Source of the DNA: an uncultured Chloroflexota bacterium
GTDB taxonomy: Bacteria; Chloroflexota; Limnocylindria; P2-11E
Assembly: GCA_964567235.1 (NCBI GenBank)
Contig: CAZMLV010000004.1
Span: forward strand, 1-37,143
Direction of reading: 5' to 3'
Length of the DNA: 37,143 bases
Below the pieces are notes generated by a model that ran no database searches, had not been told where the DNA came from, and worked only from the letters and a program-made list of their open reading frames with translations. Positions 1-8,290 of the stretch are shown one piece after another; within the stretch, counting starts at the first letter, position 1; each line of letters starts with the position of its first letter. The position numbers and the translations under genes were made by a program.

Positions 1-116
1 TCGTGGACGCGCAGGGCATCGTCCGGTACATCGACGTCCACACGCTGCGCGAGGTGCCTGACGAGGAAGAGATCGCCGAGGAGCTGAAGAAGCTCCCGAT
101 CAGCGCGTCGGGATGA
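1..116 (+). CDS. 3' end of a thioredoxin-fold redoxin/peroxiredoxin-like gene (5' part outside window)
   Basis: Frame open from the window edge (codons phased from nt 3): VDAQGIVRYIDVHTLREVPDEEEIAEELKKLPISASG, TGA at 114-116. Third positions are GC-rich. The tail resembles AhpC/TSA-type redoxin C-termini but is too short for a firm family call. Confidence 0.4.
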   Translation, partial: VDAQGIVRYIDVHTLREVPDEEEIAEELKKLPISASG

Positions 117-543
117 GGTAGGCGCGACCCTCGTCGGCGATCGTGAACCGTACGACATCGCCGACCTTCGCCGGCAGGGTGTCGCCTTTCACCAGGAGCG
201 CGAGCCCGCAGTCCACGACCGTCAGCTCGCCCGTCTCGGACACCGTGCCTTCGACGACCGCGCCCGGAGCGACGAGGTCGCCGCTCACTCCGGCGCCCGC
301 GCCGGCCGTCGGGTCCTTCGCCGTGTACTCGATCGCCATCGTCACGCGGTCGCCGATCGAGAGGCGCGCCTTCCGCACGGCGCCGGTCGCGTCCTTGCCC
401 CGCAGGTCGAGCCGCTCGCCGAGCTCGCCCGCGCGGATCGTGACGACGATGTCGCCGCGCGTACCGTCGAGTGCGATCACGACGCCGCGCGACGCGCGTT
501 GGCGCCACTTCTCGATGAACGCGAGCTGATCGAAATCGAGCAC
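100..543 (-). CDS. hypothetical protein (no family recognised)
   Basis: Track ORF 100..657 with strong G/C third-position bias. I prefer GTG at 543 (LDFDQLAFIEKWRQRASRG...) because 544-657 is antisense to the motif-I region of the HAD gene. The start is uncertain. Confidence 0.45.
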   Translation of the reverse strand: MLDFDQLAFIEKWRQRASRGVVIALDGTRGDIVVTIRAGELGERLDLRGKDATGAVRKARLSIGDRVTMAIEYTAKDPTAGAGAGVSGDLVAPGAVVEGTVSETGELTVVDCGLALLVKGDTLPAKVGDVVRFTIADEGRAYLIPTR

Positions 544-561
544 CGTCGATACGATATTCGC

Positions 562-1244
562 GTGGGAGGGCGGGCCGCGTTCGTCGACGTGGGCGACACG
601 CTGGTCGAGGATTGGGCGCCGCTCGAGGCGCGTCCCGCTCATCACGCAGCAGCTCACCCGCGCGTTCGGGCACCGGGACTGGTTCGCTGCGCTCGCGCAG
701 ACGGACCTCGAGCCGGACGCGTCCAGCAGGAGACGGATCGTTGGTACGCGGCGTGGTTCACCACACAGGGGATCGAATGCGACGTCGATGTCGACCGGTT
801 GCGCTCCGGGTGTGCGGTTCCGCTCGATCTCGTCTTGACCCCGGTGCCGGAGCCGCGGATGCGGTGCGCTGGTGCAAGCGTCAGGGACTGCGGATCGTGC
901 TGGTGACGAATACCCTGGCCCGCGGCACCACGGAAGTCATGCGCCACTGGGGCGTGCCGGCCGTGCCGACGCGATCGATGGGTCGCCACCTCGCACGGCG
1001 TGCGCTGGCGGAAGCCGCATCGCGCGATGTTCGACCGCGCCCTCGAGCTCGCGGCCGTAGGCCCGAACGAGGCGTTGATGGTCGGGGACGACCCGATCGC
1101 CGACGTGCGCGGTGTGCAGGCCCTGGGCATCCGGGCCGTTCTCCGACGCACCCGAGCCGCTGCGGCTGCCGGCGGACGTCCCGCCCGGATGCGATCGTCG
1201 ACCGGCTCTCCGAGCTGCCCGCCGTCGTTGCCCCTTGGCTGTAG
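562..1244 (+). pseudogene. HAD-superfamily hydrolase (subfamily IA, REG-2/HDHD3-like), multiply frameshifted
   Basis: HAD motifs lie in different + frames: FVDVGDTLV (I), RIVLVTNT (II), RKPHRAMF (III), MVGDDPIADVRG (IV), then C-terminus DAIVDRLSELPAVVAPWL-stop at 1244. At least six frame changes are needed to join them. Confidence 0.6.
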
Positions 1245-1340
1245 GCCGGTCCCGTGCTACAACCGGATTGTTGACTGGCCAGGTCGGAAATCCCGGCAAC
1301 TCGATCGCGCGAGGCCCGGACTGCTTCGGGCTCACGTGCT

Positions 1341-1388
1341 GGTGTCTCTAGGCCGCTGAATCCCAGCGGCCTGCCCTTCCGCGACACC
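1341..1388 (+). other. nested stem-loop in the 192-nt spacer upstream of the rhodanese gene (terminator of the upstream locus or 5' leader structure)
   Basis: GGCCGCTG (1351-1358) pairs perfectly with CAGCGGCC (1364-1371) across a 5-nt loop. This is enclosed by GGTGTC (1341-1346) / GACACC (1383-1388). Confidence 0.3.
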
Positions 1389-1436
1389 AGAGAAACGACC
1401 CGTCCACCGTAGGCGGGTGATTGAAGGAGATCCCTT

Positions 1437-2285
1437 ATGTCGGGCTATGCCCATCCCGAAGCGCTCGTCGAGACCGACTGGCTCGCCGAGCACGCGACCG
1501 ATCCGAGCGTGCGGGTGTTCGAGGTCGACGTCGACACGACCGCGTACGAGCAAGGCCACGTCGCGGGCGCGATCGGACTGAACTGGAAGACCGATCTCCA
1601 GCAGCAGCCCGTGCGCGACCTGCTGTCGAAGCCACAGCTCGAGACGCTGCTCTCGAAGTACGGCGTCGCGTCGAACACGACCATCGCGATCTACGGCGAC
1701 AACAACAATTGGTTCGCCGCGTGGTTCTTCTGGCTCCTCAAGTACTACGGCCACGCCGATGTGCGGCTCGTGAATGGCGGACGCAGCAAGTGGCTCGCTG
1801 AGCAGCGGCCGACGACGACCGAAGTCCCGGCGTTCTCGGCGACGCGCTACAGCGCCAACGCGCCGGACGCATCCGTGCGCGCACTTCGGCAGTACGTCCT
1901 CGACACGGTCGAGAAGAACGGCAAGAAGCTCGTCGACGTGCGTTCGCCCAAGGAGTTCTCGGGCGAGCTCCTCGCTCCCGAGAACCTCCCGCAAGAAGGC
2001 GCGCAACGCGCCGGACACATCAAGGGCGCGGTGAACGTGCCGTGGGCCTCGGCCGTCGCCGAGGACGGACGCTTCAAGTCGGTGGACGAGCTCACCCGGA
2101 TCTACGGCGACAAGGGTCTGAACGGCTCGACCGAGACGATCGCGTACTGCCGGATCGGCGAGCGCAGCTCCCACACCTGGTTCGTGTTGAAGTACCTGCT
2201 CGGCCACGAGAACGTCCGCAATTACGACGGAAGCTGGACCGAATACGGCAGCCTCATCGGCGCACCGATCGAGAGCGGTAGCTAG
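1437..2285 (+). CDS. thiosulfate/3-mercaptopyruvate sulfurtransferase (tandem rhodanese domains)
   Basis: 282 aa. SD GAAGGAG at 1423-1429, 7 nt before the ATG. Active-site loop YCRIGERSSHTWFVL and C-terminus NYDGSWTEYGSLIGAPIE are typical of two-domain rhodaneses (mycobacterial CysA2/SseC type). Confidence 0.93.
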   Translation: MSGYAHPEALVETDWLAEHATDPSVRVFEVDVDTTAYEQGHVAGAIGLNWKTDLQQQPVRDLLSKPQLETLLSKYGVASNTTIAIYGDNNNWFAAWFFWLLKYYGHADVRLVNGGRSKWLAEQRPTTTEVPAFSATRYSANAPDASVRALRQYVLDTVEKNGKKLVDVRSPKEFSGELLAPENLPQEGAQRAGHIKGAVNVPWASAVAEDGRFKSVDELTRIYGDKGLNGSTETIAYCRIGERSSHTWFVLKYLLGHENVRNYDGSWTEYGSLIGAPIESGS

Positions 2286-2297
2286 CATCCGGCGCGC

Positions 2298-3863
2298 GTG
2301 AGCGCGCAGCTGTTCCACGGCGGACGGATCCACGTCGGCGACGGCACCAGCGCGGAAGCGCTCGTCGCCATCGACGGCGTGGTCCGGGCCGTCGGGAGGG
2401 CCGCCGACCTCGCCAAGGCCCACCCAGCGGCGGAGCGTATCGACCTTCGCGGCGGGGTGATGACCCCGGGCTGGCACGACTCCCACGTGCATTTCACGTG
2501 GTGGGCGATCCAGATGGATCAGATCGATCTACGCGAAGAGCCGACGGTCGCATCGGCGCTGTCGCGCATCGCGGAGCGGGCGCGGGCGCTGCCGCGGGGG
2601 GCCTGGGTCCAGGGTGGCCGGTTCGACAAGAACCGGTGGGGCCGCTGGCCGACGGCCGTGGAGCTCGACGGCGCGACCGATGGCCGCCCGGCGGCCCTGC
2701 GCAGCCGCGATGGCCACTCGCGCTGGCTCAACACCGCGGCCCTGCGCGCGGCCGGGATCGACGCCGGCACGGCGGATCCGGCCGGCGGCGCCATCGAGCG
2801 CGACGCGTCGGGCGCTGCGACCGGCATCCTGAAGGAGAACGCGAACCGGCTCGCCGACGCGGTCGTTCCGCCGCCGACCAGCGACGACTGCTTTGCCGCG
2901 ATCGAACGCGGGCAGCGCGAGGCACACCGCCGCGGCATCACCGCGATCGAGGATCTCGAGCAGGCCGCCGCGTTCAGCGCGTTCCAGCGCCGCCGCGACC
3001 GGGGCGATCTGCGGCTCCGCGTCGCGATGGGCATCCCGCATGCGAGCCTCGATTCCGCGATCGCGCTGGGGCTACGGAGCGGTCTCGGCGACGAGTGGCT
3101 GCGCATCGGACACCTGAAGATCTTCACCGACGGCGCGCTCGGCTCGCAGACCGCCGCGCTCGAAGAGCCATACGCCGGCACCACCGATCGCGGGCTGCTC
3201 ACGATCGACCCCCAGACGCTCGGACCGGACGTGATCCGCGCCGCGGACGCGGGCATCGCGGTCGCGATCCACGCGATCGGCGACCGCGCGGTGCGAGTCG
3301 CCTTGGACGCGATCGCACCGACCCGGACGGCGCATCCCGCGCTCCGGCAGCGCGTCGAGCATCTGCAGCTGCTGCGGCACCAGGACATCGCGCGGCTCGG
3401 CGCGCTCGGGGTGATCGCGTCGATGCAGCCGATCCATGCGACGAGCGACCGTGACCTCGTCGATCGGTACTGGGGTCCCGATCGAGCCACCCGGGCGTAC
3501 CCGTGGCGACAGCTGTTGTCGGCAGGCGCGCCTCTCGCGTTCGGCTCCGACGCGCCGGTCGAGCCGATCGATCCGCTGCTCGGGATGCACGCGGCGGTCG
3601 CGCGCAAGCGCCCGGCCGATGCCGATCGCTGGCACCCGGAGGAGGCGCTCACACCCGCCGAGGCGATCGCCGGCTACACGTCCGGCGCGGCGTACGCGAT
3701 GAACGCGGAGCGCGAGCGCGGCACCCTCGCGGTCGGAATGCGGTGCGACGCGACCGTGGTCGAGCGCGACCTCGTGTCGACGCCGGTCGAGGAGTGGCCC
3801 GCGCTCAAGATCAGCGCGACGATCGTGGGCGGCGAGATCGTGCACGCGCTGGGGATCCGCTAG
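2298..3863 (+). CDS. metal-dependent amidohydrolase (amidohydrolase_3 / YtcJ-like)
   Basis: 521 aa. Shows GWHDSHVHF metal-binding motif, IHAIGDRAV, RVEHLQL and FGSDAPVEP, the typical layout of YtcJ-like amidohydrolases. Confidence 0.88.
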   Translation: MSAQLFHGGRIHVGDGTSAEALVAIDGVVRAVGRAADLAKAHPAAERIDLRGGVMTPGWHDSHVHFTWWAIQMDQIDLREEPTVASALSRIAERARALPRGAWVQGGRFDKNRWGRWPTAVELDGATDGRPAALRSRDGHSRWLNTAALRAAGIDAGTADPAGGAIERDASGAATGILKENANRLADAVVPPPTSDDCFAAIERGQREAHRRGITAIEDLEQAAAFSAFQRRRDRGDLRLRVAMGIPHASLDSAIALGLRSGLGDEWLRIGHLKIFTDGALGSQTAALEEPYAGTTDRGLLTIDPQTLGPDVIRAADAGIAVAIHAIGDRAVRVALDAIAPTRTAHPALRQRVEHLQLLRHQDIARLGALGVIASMQPIHATSDRDLVDRYWGPDRATRAYPWRQLLSAGAPLAFGSDAPVEPIDPLLGMHAAVARKRPADADRWHPEEALTPAEAIAGYTSGAAYAMNAERERGTLAVGMRCDATVVERDLVSTPVEEWPALKISATIVGGEIVHALGIR

Positions 3864-4525
3864 TTCAGCGGCGGCGCCTCGCCACGCGCGCGGAGTCGCA
3901 GGAGCAGCTCCTTCAGCAACGTGTTCTCACGCTCGAGCAGCCCGATGACCGACTCGAGCCGCGGACCGGCGCGTTCGGTCTCGAGGAGCCGCTGGCGCTC
4001 GGACGCGTCGATGCCGAGACCGCCGGCGATCCGGTACGAGACCTCGGCCGGGCTCCCTTCGCGCAGCTCTCCGAGCGGCACCTCGGTCCGGGCGTCGTTC
4101 GAGGTCGACATGATGCCGGTGAGGTATTGCCCGAATGCGTCCGCGGCCCGATCGGCCAGCGCGGCCGCGTCGTCCCCGGCGTCCTCGTCGAGATAACGGA
4201 TCTCGGCAACGAGATACGGTTCGCGTTCGGCATCGATCGACTCGATCGCGAAGCGGCGCTCGCCGCGGACGATGATGAACGACCGGCCGCCGGGAAGAGG
4301 CGTGGTGCCCACCACGCGCGCCGTCGTGCCGATCCGGTGCGGCTCGGCCGCGCCGCCGACCTCTGGGCCGGAGCTGATGAGCACGATCCCGAATGGCTGA
4401 TCGTTCTGCAGGGCGCGCTGCAGCAGGAGGCGGTAGCGGGGCTCGAAGATATGGAGCGGCAGCAGCATCCCCGGGAACAGCACGCTTCCCAAGGGGAACA
4501 GCGGGATGGTCGCCGTCTCCGCCAC
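3860..4525 (-). CDS. LON peptidase N-terminal (substrate-binding) domain protein
   Basis: IPLFPLGSVLFPGMLLPLHIFEPRYRLLLQRAL is the hallmark LON N-domain start. I place the start at GTG 4525 (VAETATIPLFPL). The upstream part of track ORF 3860..4891 is Ser/Arg/Pro-rich and antisense to the CoA-transferase gene. Confidence 0.85.
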   Translation of the reverse strand: MAETATIPLFPLGSVLFPGMLLPLHIFEPRYRLLLQRALQNDQPFGIVLISSGPEVGGAAEPHRIGTTARVVGTTPLPGGRSFIIVRGERRFAIESIDAEREPYLVAEIRYLDEDAGDDAAALADRAADAFGQYLTGIMSTSNDARTEVPLGELREGSPAEVSYRIAGGLGIDASERQRLLETERAGPRLESVIGLLERENTLLKELLLRLRARGEAPPLN

Positions 4526-4589
4526 GACCAGACGGTACTCTGCGAATCCATGGCCACTCGCCCGGCGACGTCCTGACCTCCGGCGCGCC

Positions 4590-6005
4590 GTGATCACCCT
4601 CGTTCTCCACGGCGAGCTCCGGCAGTTCAGCCCCGGCGGGGTCAAGCAGCTGCGCGTCGACGGTGCGGGACGCTCCGCGCTCGAGGTGGTGCAGGGCCTC
4701 GGGATCCCCGCGGCCGAGACCGCTGCGTTCATCGTGAACGGTGAACAACGGGATCCGGACGCCATCCTCCGCGACGAGGACACGCTTGAGGCGCTCCCGG
4801 CGATCAGCGGCGGTGCCGCCGAGGGCGCGCTCGCCGGGATCCGGGTCGTGGATCTCACCCGCGCGCTTGCGGGGCCGTACTGCACGCTCATGCTCGCCGA
4901 TCACGGCGCGGAGGTGATCAAGGTCGAGCAGCCTGGCACGGGCGACGAGACAAGGGGCTGGGCGCCGCCGCACCTGAACGGCGTGTCCGCCTATTACCTT
5001 TCGATCAATCGCAACAAGCGCAGCATCACGCTCGATCTCAAGCATCCGGACGGTGCGAAGGTGCTCGAGCGGCTGATCGAGCGGGCCGATGTCGTCGTGG
5101 AGAACTTCAGTCCCGGCACACTCGCACGCCTCGGCTTCCCCAAGGCACGCATCCGCACGCTGAACCCGAGCGCGATCTTCTGCCAGATCTCCGGCTTCGG
5201 CCAGGACGGCCCGGGCCGCGCCTGGGCGGCGTACGACCTCATCGTCCAAGGGATGGGCGGGATCATGAGCCTCACCGGTCAGCCCGGCGGCGAGCCGGTG
5301 ATGGTGGGGGTACCGCAGGCCGACATGGTGGCCGGCATGTTCGCGGCGTTCGCGATCCTGGCGGCACTGCACGCGCGCGAGCGCACCGGCCTGGGTCAGG
5401 CGATCGACGCGACGATGATCGGCGGGCAGGTCGCGCTCCTCTCGCGGCAGGCCGCGCGGTACTTCGCGGATGGCACGGTGCCCAGGCCGGAGGGGAACGT
5501 GCACGCCTCGATCGTCCCGTACCAGACCTTCCGCGCGGCCGATGGCTTCGTGAACGTGTGTGCGGGCAACAACGCGCTGTTCGAGCGGCTCTGCGCGGCC
5601 CTGGACCTCGACGACGTCGCCGAGGACGCGCGCTTCGCGGACAACGGCGCGCGCATCCAGAACCGGGCGATCCTCATCCCGCTGCTCGAGAAGCGGATCG
5701 CCGCACTTCGGAAAGACGACGTCGTGGCGCGGCTGCGAAAGGTGAATGTGCCGGTCGGTCCGATCAACGGCCTCGACGACGTGTTCGCCGACCCGACGGT
5801 CCGTCACCTCGGCCTGATCGCCGAGGTCGATCATCCGACCGCGGGCCGCGTGCGCGCGCCGGGGATCCCGGTGCGGATGGACGGGACACCGCCCTCGGTG
5901 CGGACGCATCCGCCGCTGCTCGGCGAGCACACCGACGAGGTGCTCACGGAGCTCGGCTACGCGGCGCCGGAGATCGCGAAGCTCCGCAAGGACGGCGCCG
6001 TCTAG
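4590..6005 (+). CDS. family III (CaiB/BaiF) CoA-transferase with N-terminal ThiS/MoaD/Ub-Mut7C-like beta-grasp domain
   Basis: The N-terminal 75 aa (ITLVLHGELRQF...IVNGEQRDPDAILRDEDTLEALPAISGG) resemble a ubiquitin-like beta-grasp ending in GG. The remainder (IRVVDLTRALAGPYCTLMLADHGAEVIKVE, NRNKRSITLDLK, VPQADMVAG) is a family III CoA-transferase. Start GTG 4590 is preferred; ATG 4506 is possible but its 28 codons have poor GC3. Confidence 0.85.
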   Translation: MITLVLHGELRQFSPGGVKQLRVDGAGRSALEVVQGLGIPAAETAAFIVNGEQRDPDAILRDEDTLEALPAISGGAAEGALAGIRVVDLTRALAGPYCTLMLADHGAEVIKVEQPGTGDETRGWAPPHLNGVSAYYLSINRNKRSITLDLKHPDGAKVLERLIERADVVVENFSPGTLARLGFPKARIRTLNPSAIFCQISGFGQDGPGRAWAAYDLIVQGMGGIMSLTGQPGGEPVMVGVPQADMVAGMFAAFAILAALHARERTGLGQAIDATMIGGQVALLSRQAARYFADGTVPRPEGNVHASIVPYQTFRAADGFVNVCAGNNALFERLCAALDLDDVAEDARFADNGARIQNRAILIPLLEKRIAALRKDDVVARLRKVNVPVGPINGLDDVFADPTVRHLGLIAEVDHPTAGRVRAPGIPVRMDGTPPSVRTHPPLLGEHTDEVLTELGYAAPEIAKLRKDGAV

Positions 6006-6796
6006 CGGCGTTCGGTCCAGTACACCTTCGTCACGTAGGGCAGCGTCACCGTGCTTCGGCCGCGGATGTCGGGATGTGTCGCGGCAAGCTCGCGGAACCG
6101 GTCGAGGACGCGCTCGCGCTCGCCATCGGGCAGCGCGGCGATGCTCGAGACCGTCGCCGCGCGATCGCTGATCTCGCTCGGGGACAGGGTCTGCGTGTGC
6201 TCGACGTCCCGCTCCACCAGTCGCGCGAACAGCGCCGTCCGATCGAACGCGGCGCGCCACTTCCCCGTCTGGTGATCCGGACGCTCCGGATCGACGCCGT
6301 CCAGGAGCGCATCGAACGCCGCGACCCAGGCGGCCCGCCGATCGCGCACGTTCCAGATGAGCCCGAGCCGTCCGCCTGGCACGAGGACCCGGTGGAATTC
6401 GGCGAGCGCCCGATCGCCGTCGAACCAGTGGAACGCCTGGGCGACGGTGATCGCGTGCGCTGAGCCGTCGCGCAGGGCCATGCGCTCCGCGCTCCCGTCG
6501 AACGGGACCGCCAAGGGCACGTTCTCAGCGAGCCGCTCGCGCATCTCCGCCAGCGGCTCGACCGCGATGACCGTCGCACCGGTGCGCACGAGCGCGCGGG
6601 TGAGCTTCCCGGTGCCTGCGCCGACGTCGACGACGATCCGGCCCGGTGCGATGGCGAGCTCGCGGACAAGGATGTCGACCGCCGCGTCCGGATACGCGGG
6701 CCTGATCTTCTCGTAGAGCTCGGTCGTGGGCGCGAAGCCGCGCGAGACGTAGTCGTGAAGCGGCTGTCGCGCCATTGGGTCCATCGTATCCAGCAT
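6002..6796 (-). CDS. class I SAM-dependent methyltransferase
   Basis: 264 aa. Motif I VVDVGAGTGKLTRAL, followed by the methyltransferase_11-like segment AHAITVAQAFHWF. The start may instead be at internal Met 6775 (MARQPLHDY). Confidence 0.88.
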   Translation of the reverse strand: MLDTMDPMARQPLHDYVSRGFAPTTELYEKIRPAYPDAAVDILVRELAIAPGRIVVDVGAGTGKLTRALVRTGATVIAVEPLAEMRERLAENVPLAVPFDGSAERMALRDGSAHAITVAQAFHWFDGDRALAEFHRVLVPGGRLGLIWNVRDRRAAWVAAFDALLDGVDPERPDHQTGKWRAAFDRTALFARLVERDVEHTQTLSPSEISDRAATVSSIAALPDGERERVLDRFRELAATHPDIRGRSTVTLPYVTKVYWTERR

Positions 6797-7718
6797 GCCG
6801 GTCGTGATCGTCGGTCCGCTCGCGTTCGACGACGTCCACGCGCCCGCCGGCCGGCGCTCGGGCCTGCTCGGTGGATCCGGCGCGTACGCGGGGATCGCCG
6901 CGGCGAAGCATGGTCCGGCCGCGCTGGTATCGATCGCAGGGAGCGATCTGGACGATGAGCTGCTCGAGCCCGTTCGAGGTGCCGGCGTGGATCTCGCCGG
7001 GCTGCAGCGCGTCAGCGGCCGGACGCTGAGGTGGACCGGCAGCTACAGCGAGGGCCTGACCGAGAGCGCGGTCCGTAATGCCGACCTCGGGGTGGTCGAT
7101 CGATGGGATCCGGTCGTGCCCGAGGCCGTGCGGGATGCGCGGCAGGTGCTGCTCGCGAATACGGACCCGGCGGTCCAGGCGCGGGCGCTCGACCAGCTCC
7201 GGCCGGATCTCGTCGTGCTGGACACGATGGATCAGTGGATCCGCGAGCGTCGGCGCGCCTTCGAAGCGATGATCACGCGGGCGACGATCGTGTCGCTCAA
7301 CGAGGGCGAACTCGTGCAGCTCACCGGCGAACGCGACCTGGTCGCCGCCGCCCGGCTGCTCATCGGGCGAGGTCCGCGCGCGGTCGTGGCGAAACGCGGG
7401 GCGAACGGCGCGACGCTCATCACGAGCGGTGCCGCCTACGCGCTGCCGGCGTACCCGATCATGCCGATCGACCCCACCGGGGCGGGGGATGCGCTGGCCG
7501 GTGCGTTCGTCGGCCGCCTCGCCCGCACCGGACGAGCCGATGAGCCCGGACTGCGCGAGGCCCTCGCCGCGGGGATGGCCGCGGCGTCGTTCGCGGTCGC
7601 CTCGTTCGGCGTGGACGCACTGGCCGCCGCGACCATCGGCGAGCTCGAGGCGCGAGCGGCCTGGCTGGCCGAACGCGGGGGAACCGCGGAGGCCGGCAGG
7701 CTGTACGAGGGGCGGTAA
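6795..7718 (+). CDS. PfkB-family carbohydrate/nucleoside kinase
   Basis: 307 aa. Shows the N-terminal VIVGPLAFDDV strand and the PfkB signature-2 region IDPTGAGDALAGAFVG. Confidence 0.88.
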   Translation: MPVVIVGPLAFDDVHAPAGRRSGLLGGSGAYAGIAAAKHGPAALVSIAGSDLDDELLEPVRGAGVDLAGLQRVSGRTLRWTGSYSEGLTESAVRNADLGVVDRWDPVVPEAVRDARQVLLANTDPAVQARALDQLRPDLVVLDTMDQWIRERRRAFEAMITRATIVSLNEGELVQLTGERDLVAAARLLIGRGPRAVVAKRGANGATLITSGAAYALPAYPIMPIDPTGAGDALAGAFVGRLARTGRADEPGLREALAAGMAAASFAVASFGVDALAAATIGELEARAAWLAERGGTAEAGRLYEGR

Positions 7719-7726
7719 CGAACTCC

Positions 7727-8290
7727 GTGGAGGGCCGACCACTGGAGCGACCGAGCGAATCCGTATTGGTGGAGCGTGCAAGACGTGGTGACCAAGACGC
7801 GTATGGCGAGCTGGTCACGCGCTACCAGGCGCTCGCCGCGCGGGTCGCGTACGTGATCACGGCGAGCTCCGCCGAAGCAGAGGACGTGACCCAGGACGCC
7901 TTCGTGAAGGCGTACTACGCGCTCGAGCGCTTCCGCGCGGGCGCGCCGTTCAGGCCGTGGCTCCTCCGCATCGTCGCCAACGAGGCGAAGAATCGCAAGG
8001 CCGCGGCGGGTCGCCGCCCGACGGTCGAGCTCGGTGCCGCGGCGGATCGCGCCTCGGGTGAGACGGCCCTCTCACCCGAGGACGCGGCCGTCGCGGGCGA
8101 TCTCCGCGCCGGCCTGCTCGCGGCACTGGGCCGGCTTCGCGAGGACGACCGGCTCGTGCTCTCGTACCGGTACTTCCTCGATCTCTCCGAGAGCGAGATG
8201 GCAGCGACCCTCGGCGTCGCCCGCGGCACGGTGAAATCGCGGCTGTCGCGCGCGATGACGCGCCTGCGCGAGGTCTACGCCGATGCGTGA
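7727..8290 (+). CDS. ECF-type RNA polymerase sigma-70 family factor
   Basis: 187 aa. Region 2 (LVERARRGDQDAYGELVTRY, DVTQDAFVKAY, FRPWLLRIVANEA) and region 4 (LVLSYRYFLDLSESEMAATLGVARGTVKSRLSRA). Confidence 0.9.
   Translation: MEGRPLERPSESVLVERARRGDQDAYGELVTRYQALAARVAYVITASSAEAEDVTQDAFVKAYYALERFRAGAPFRPWLLRIVANEAKNRKAAAGRRPTVELGAAADRASGETALSPEDAAVAGDLRAGLLAALGRLREDDRLVLSYRYFLDLSESEMAATLGVARGTVKSRLSRAMTRLREVYADA

Noticed and set aside
3860-6005. Two convergent gene pairs (amidohydrolase/LON-domain at 3860-3863 and CoA-transferase/methyltransferase at 6002-6005) both end on a shared palindromic CTAG, so the TAG stops overlap by 4 nt
   Set aside because: The overlap is real, but it is most simply a by-product of compact genomes using TAG stops. 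There is no hairpin or other structure at either site, so I do not consider it a functional element.
3927-6260. 777-aa minus-strand ORF, the longest in the track
   Set aside because: It is antisense to the LON-domain, CoA-transferase and methyltransferase genes, all of which have clear family motifs. Its translation is Arg/Pro/Ala/Gly-rich low complexity with no motif. This is a typical stop-codon-poor antisense frame in GC-rich DNA.
7660-7726. ECF-type autoregulatory promoter (GGAAC ... GTT/CGTC) upstream of the sigma-factor gene
   Set aside because: GGAAC occurs at 7680-7684, but no acceptable -10 element lies 16-17 nt downstream. The region is also still coding for the PfkB kinase.
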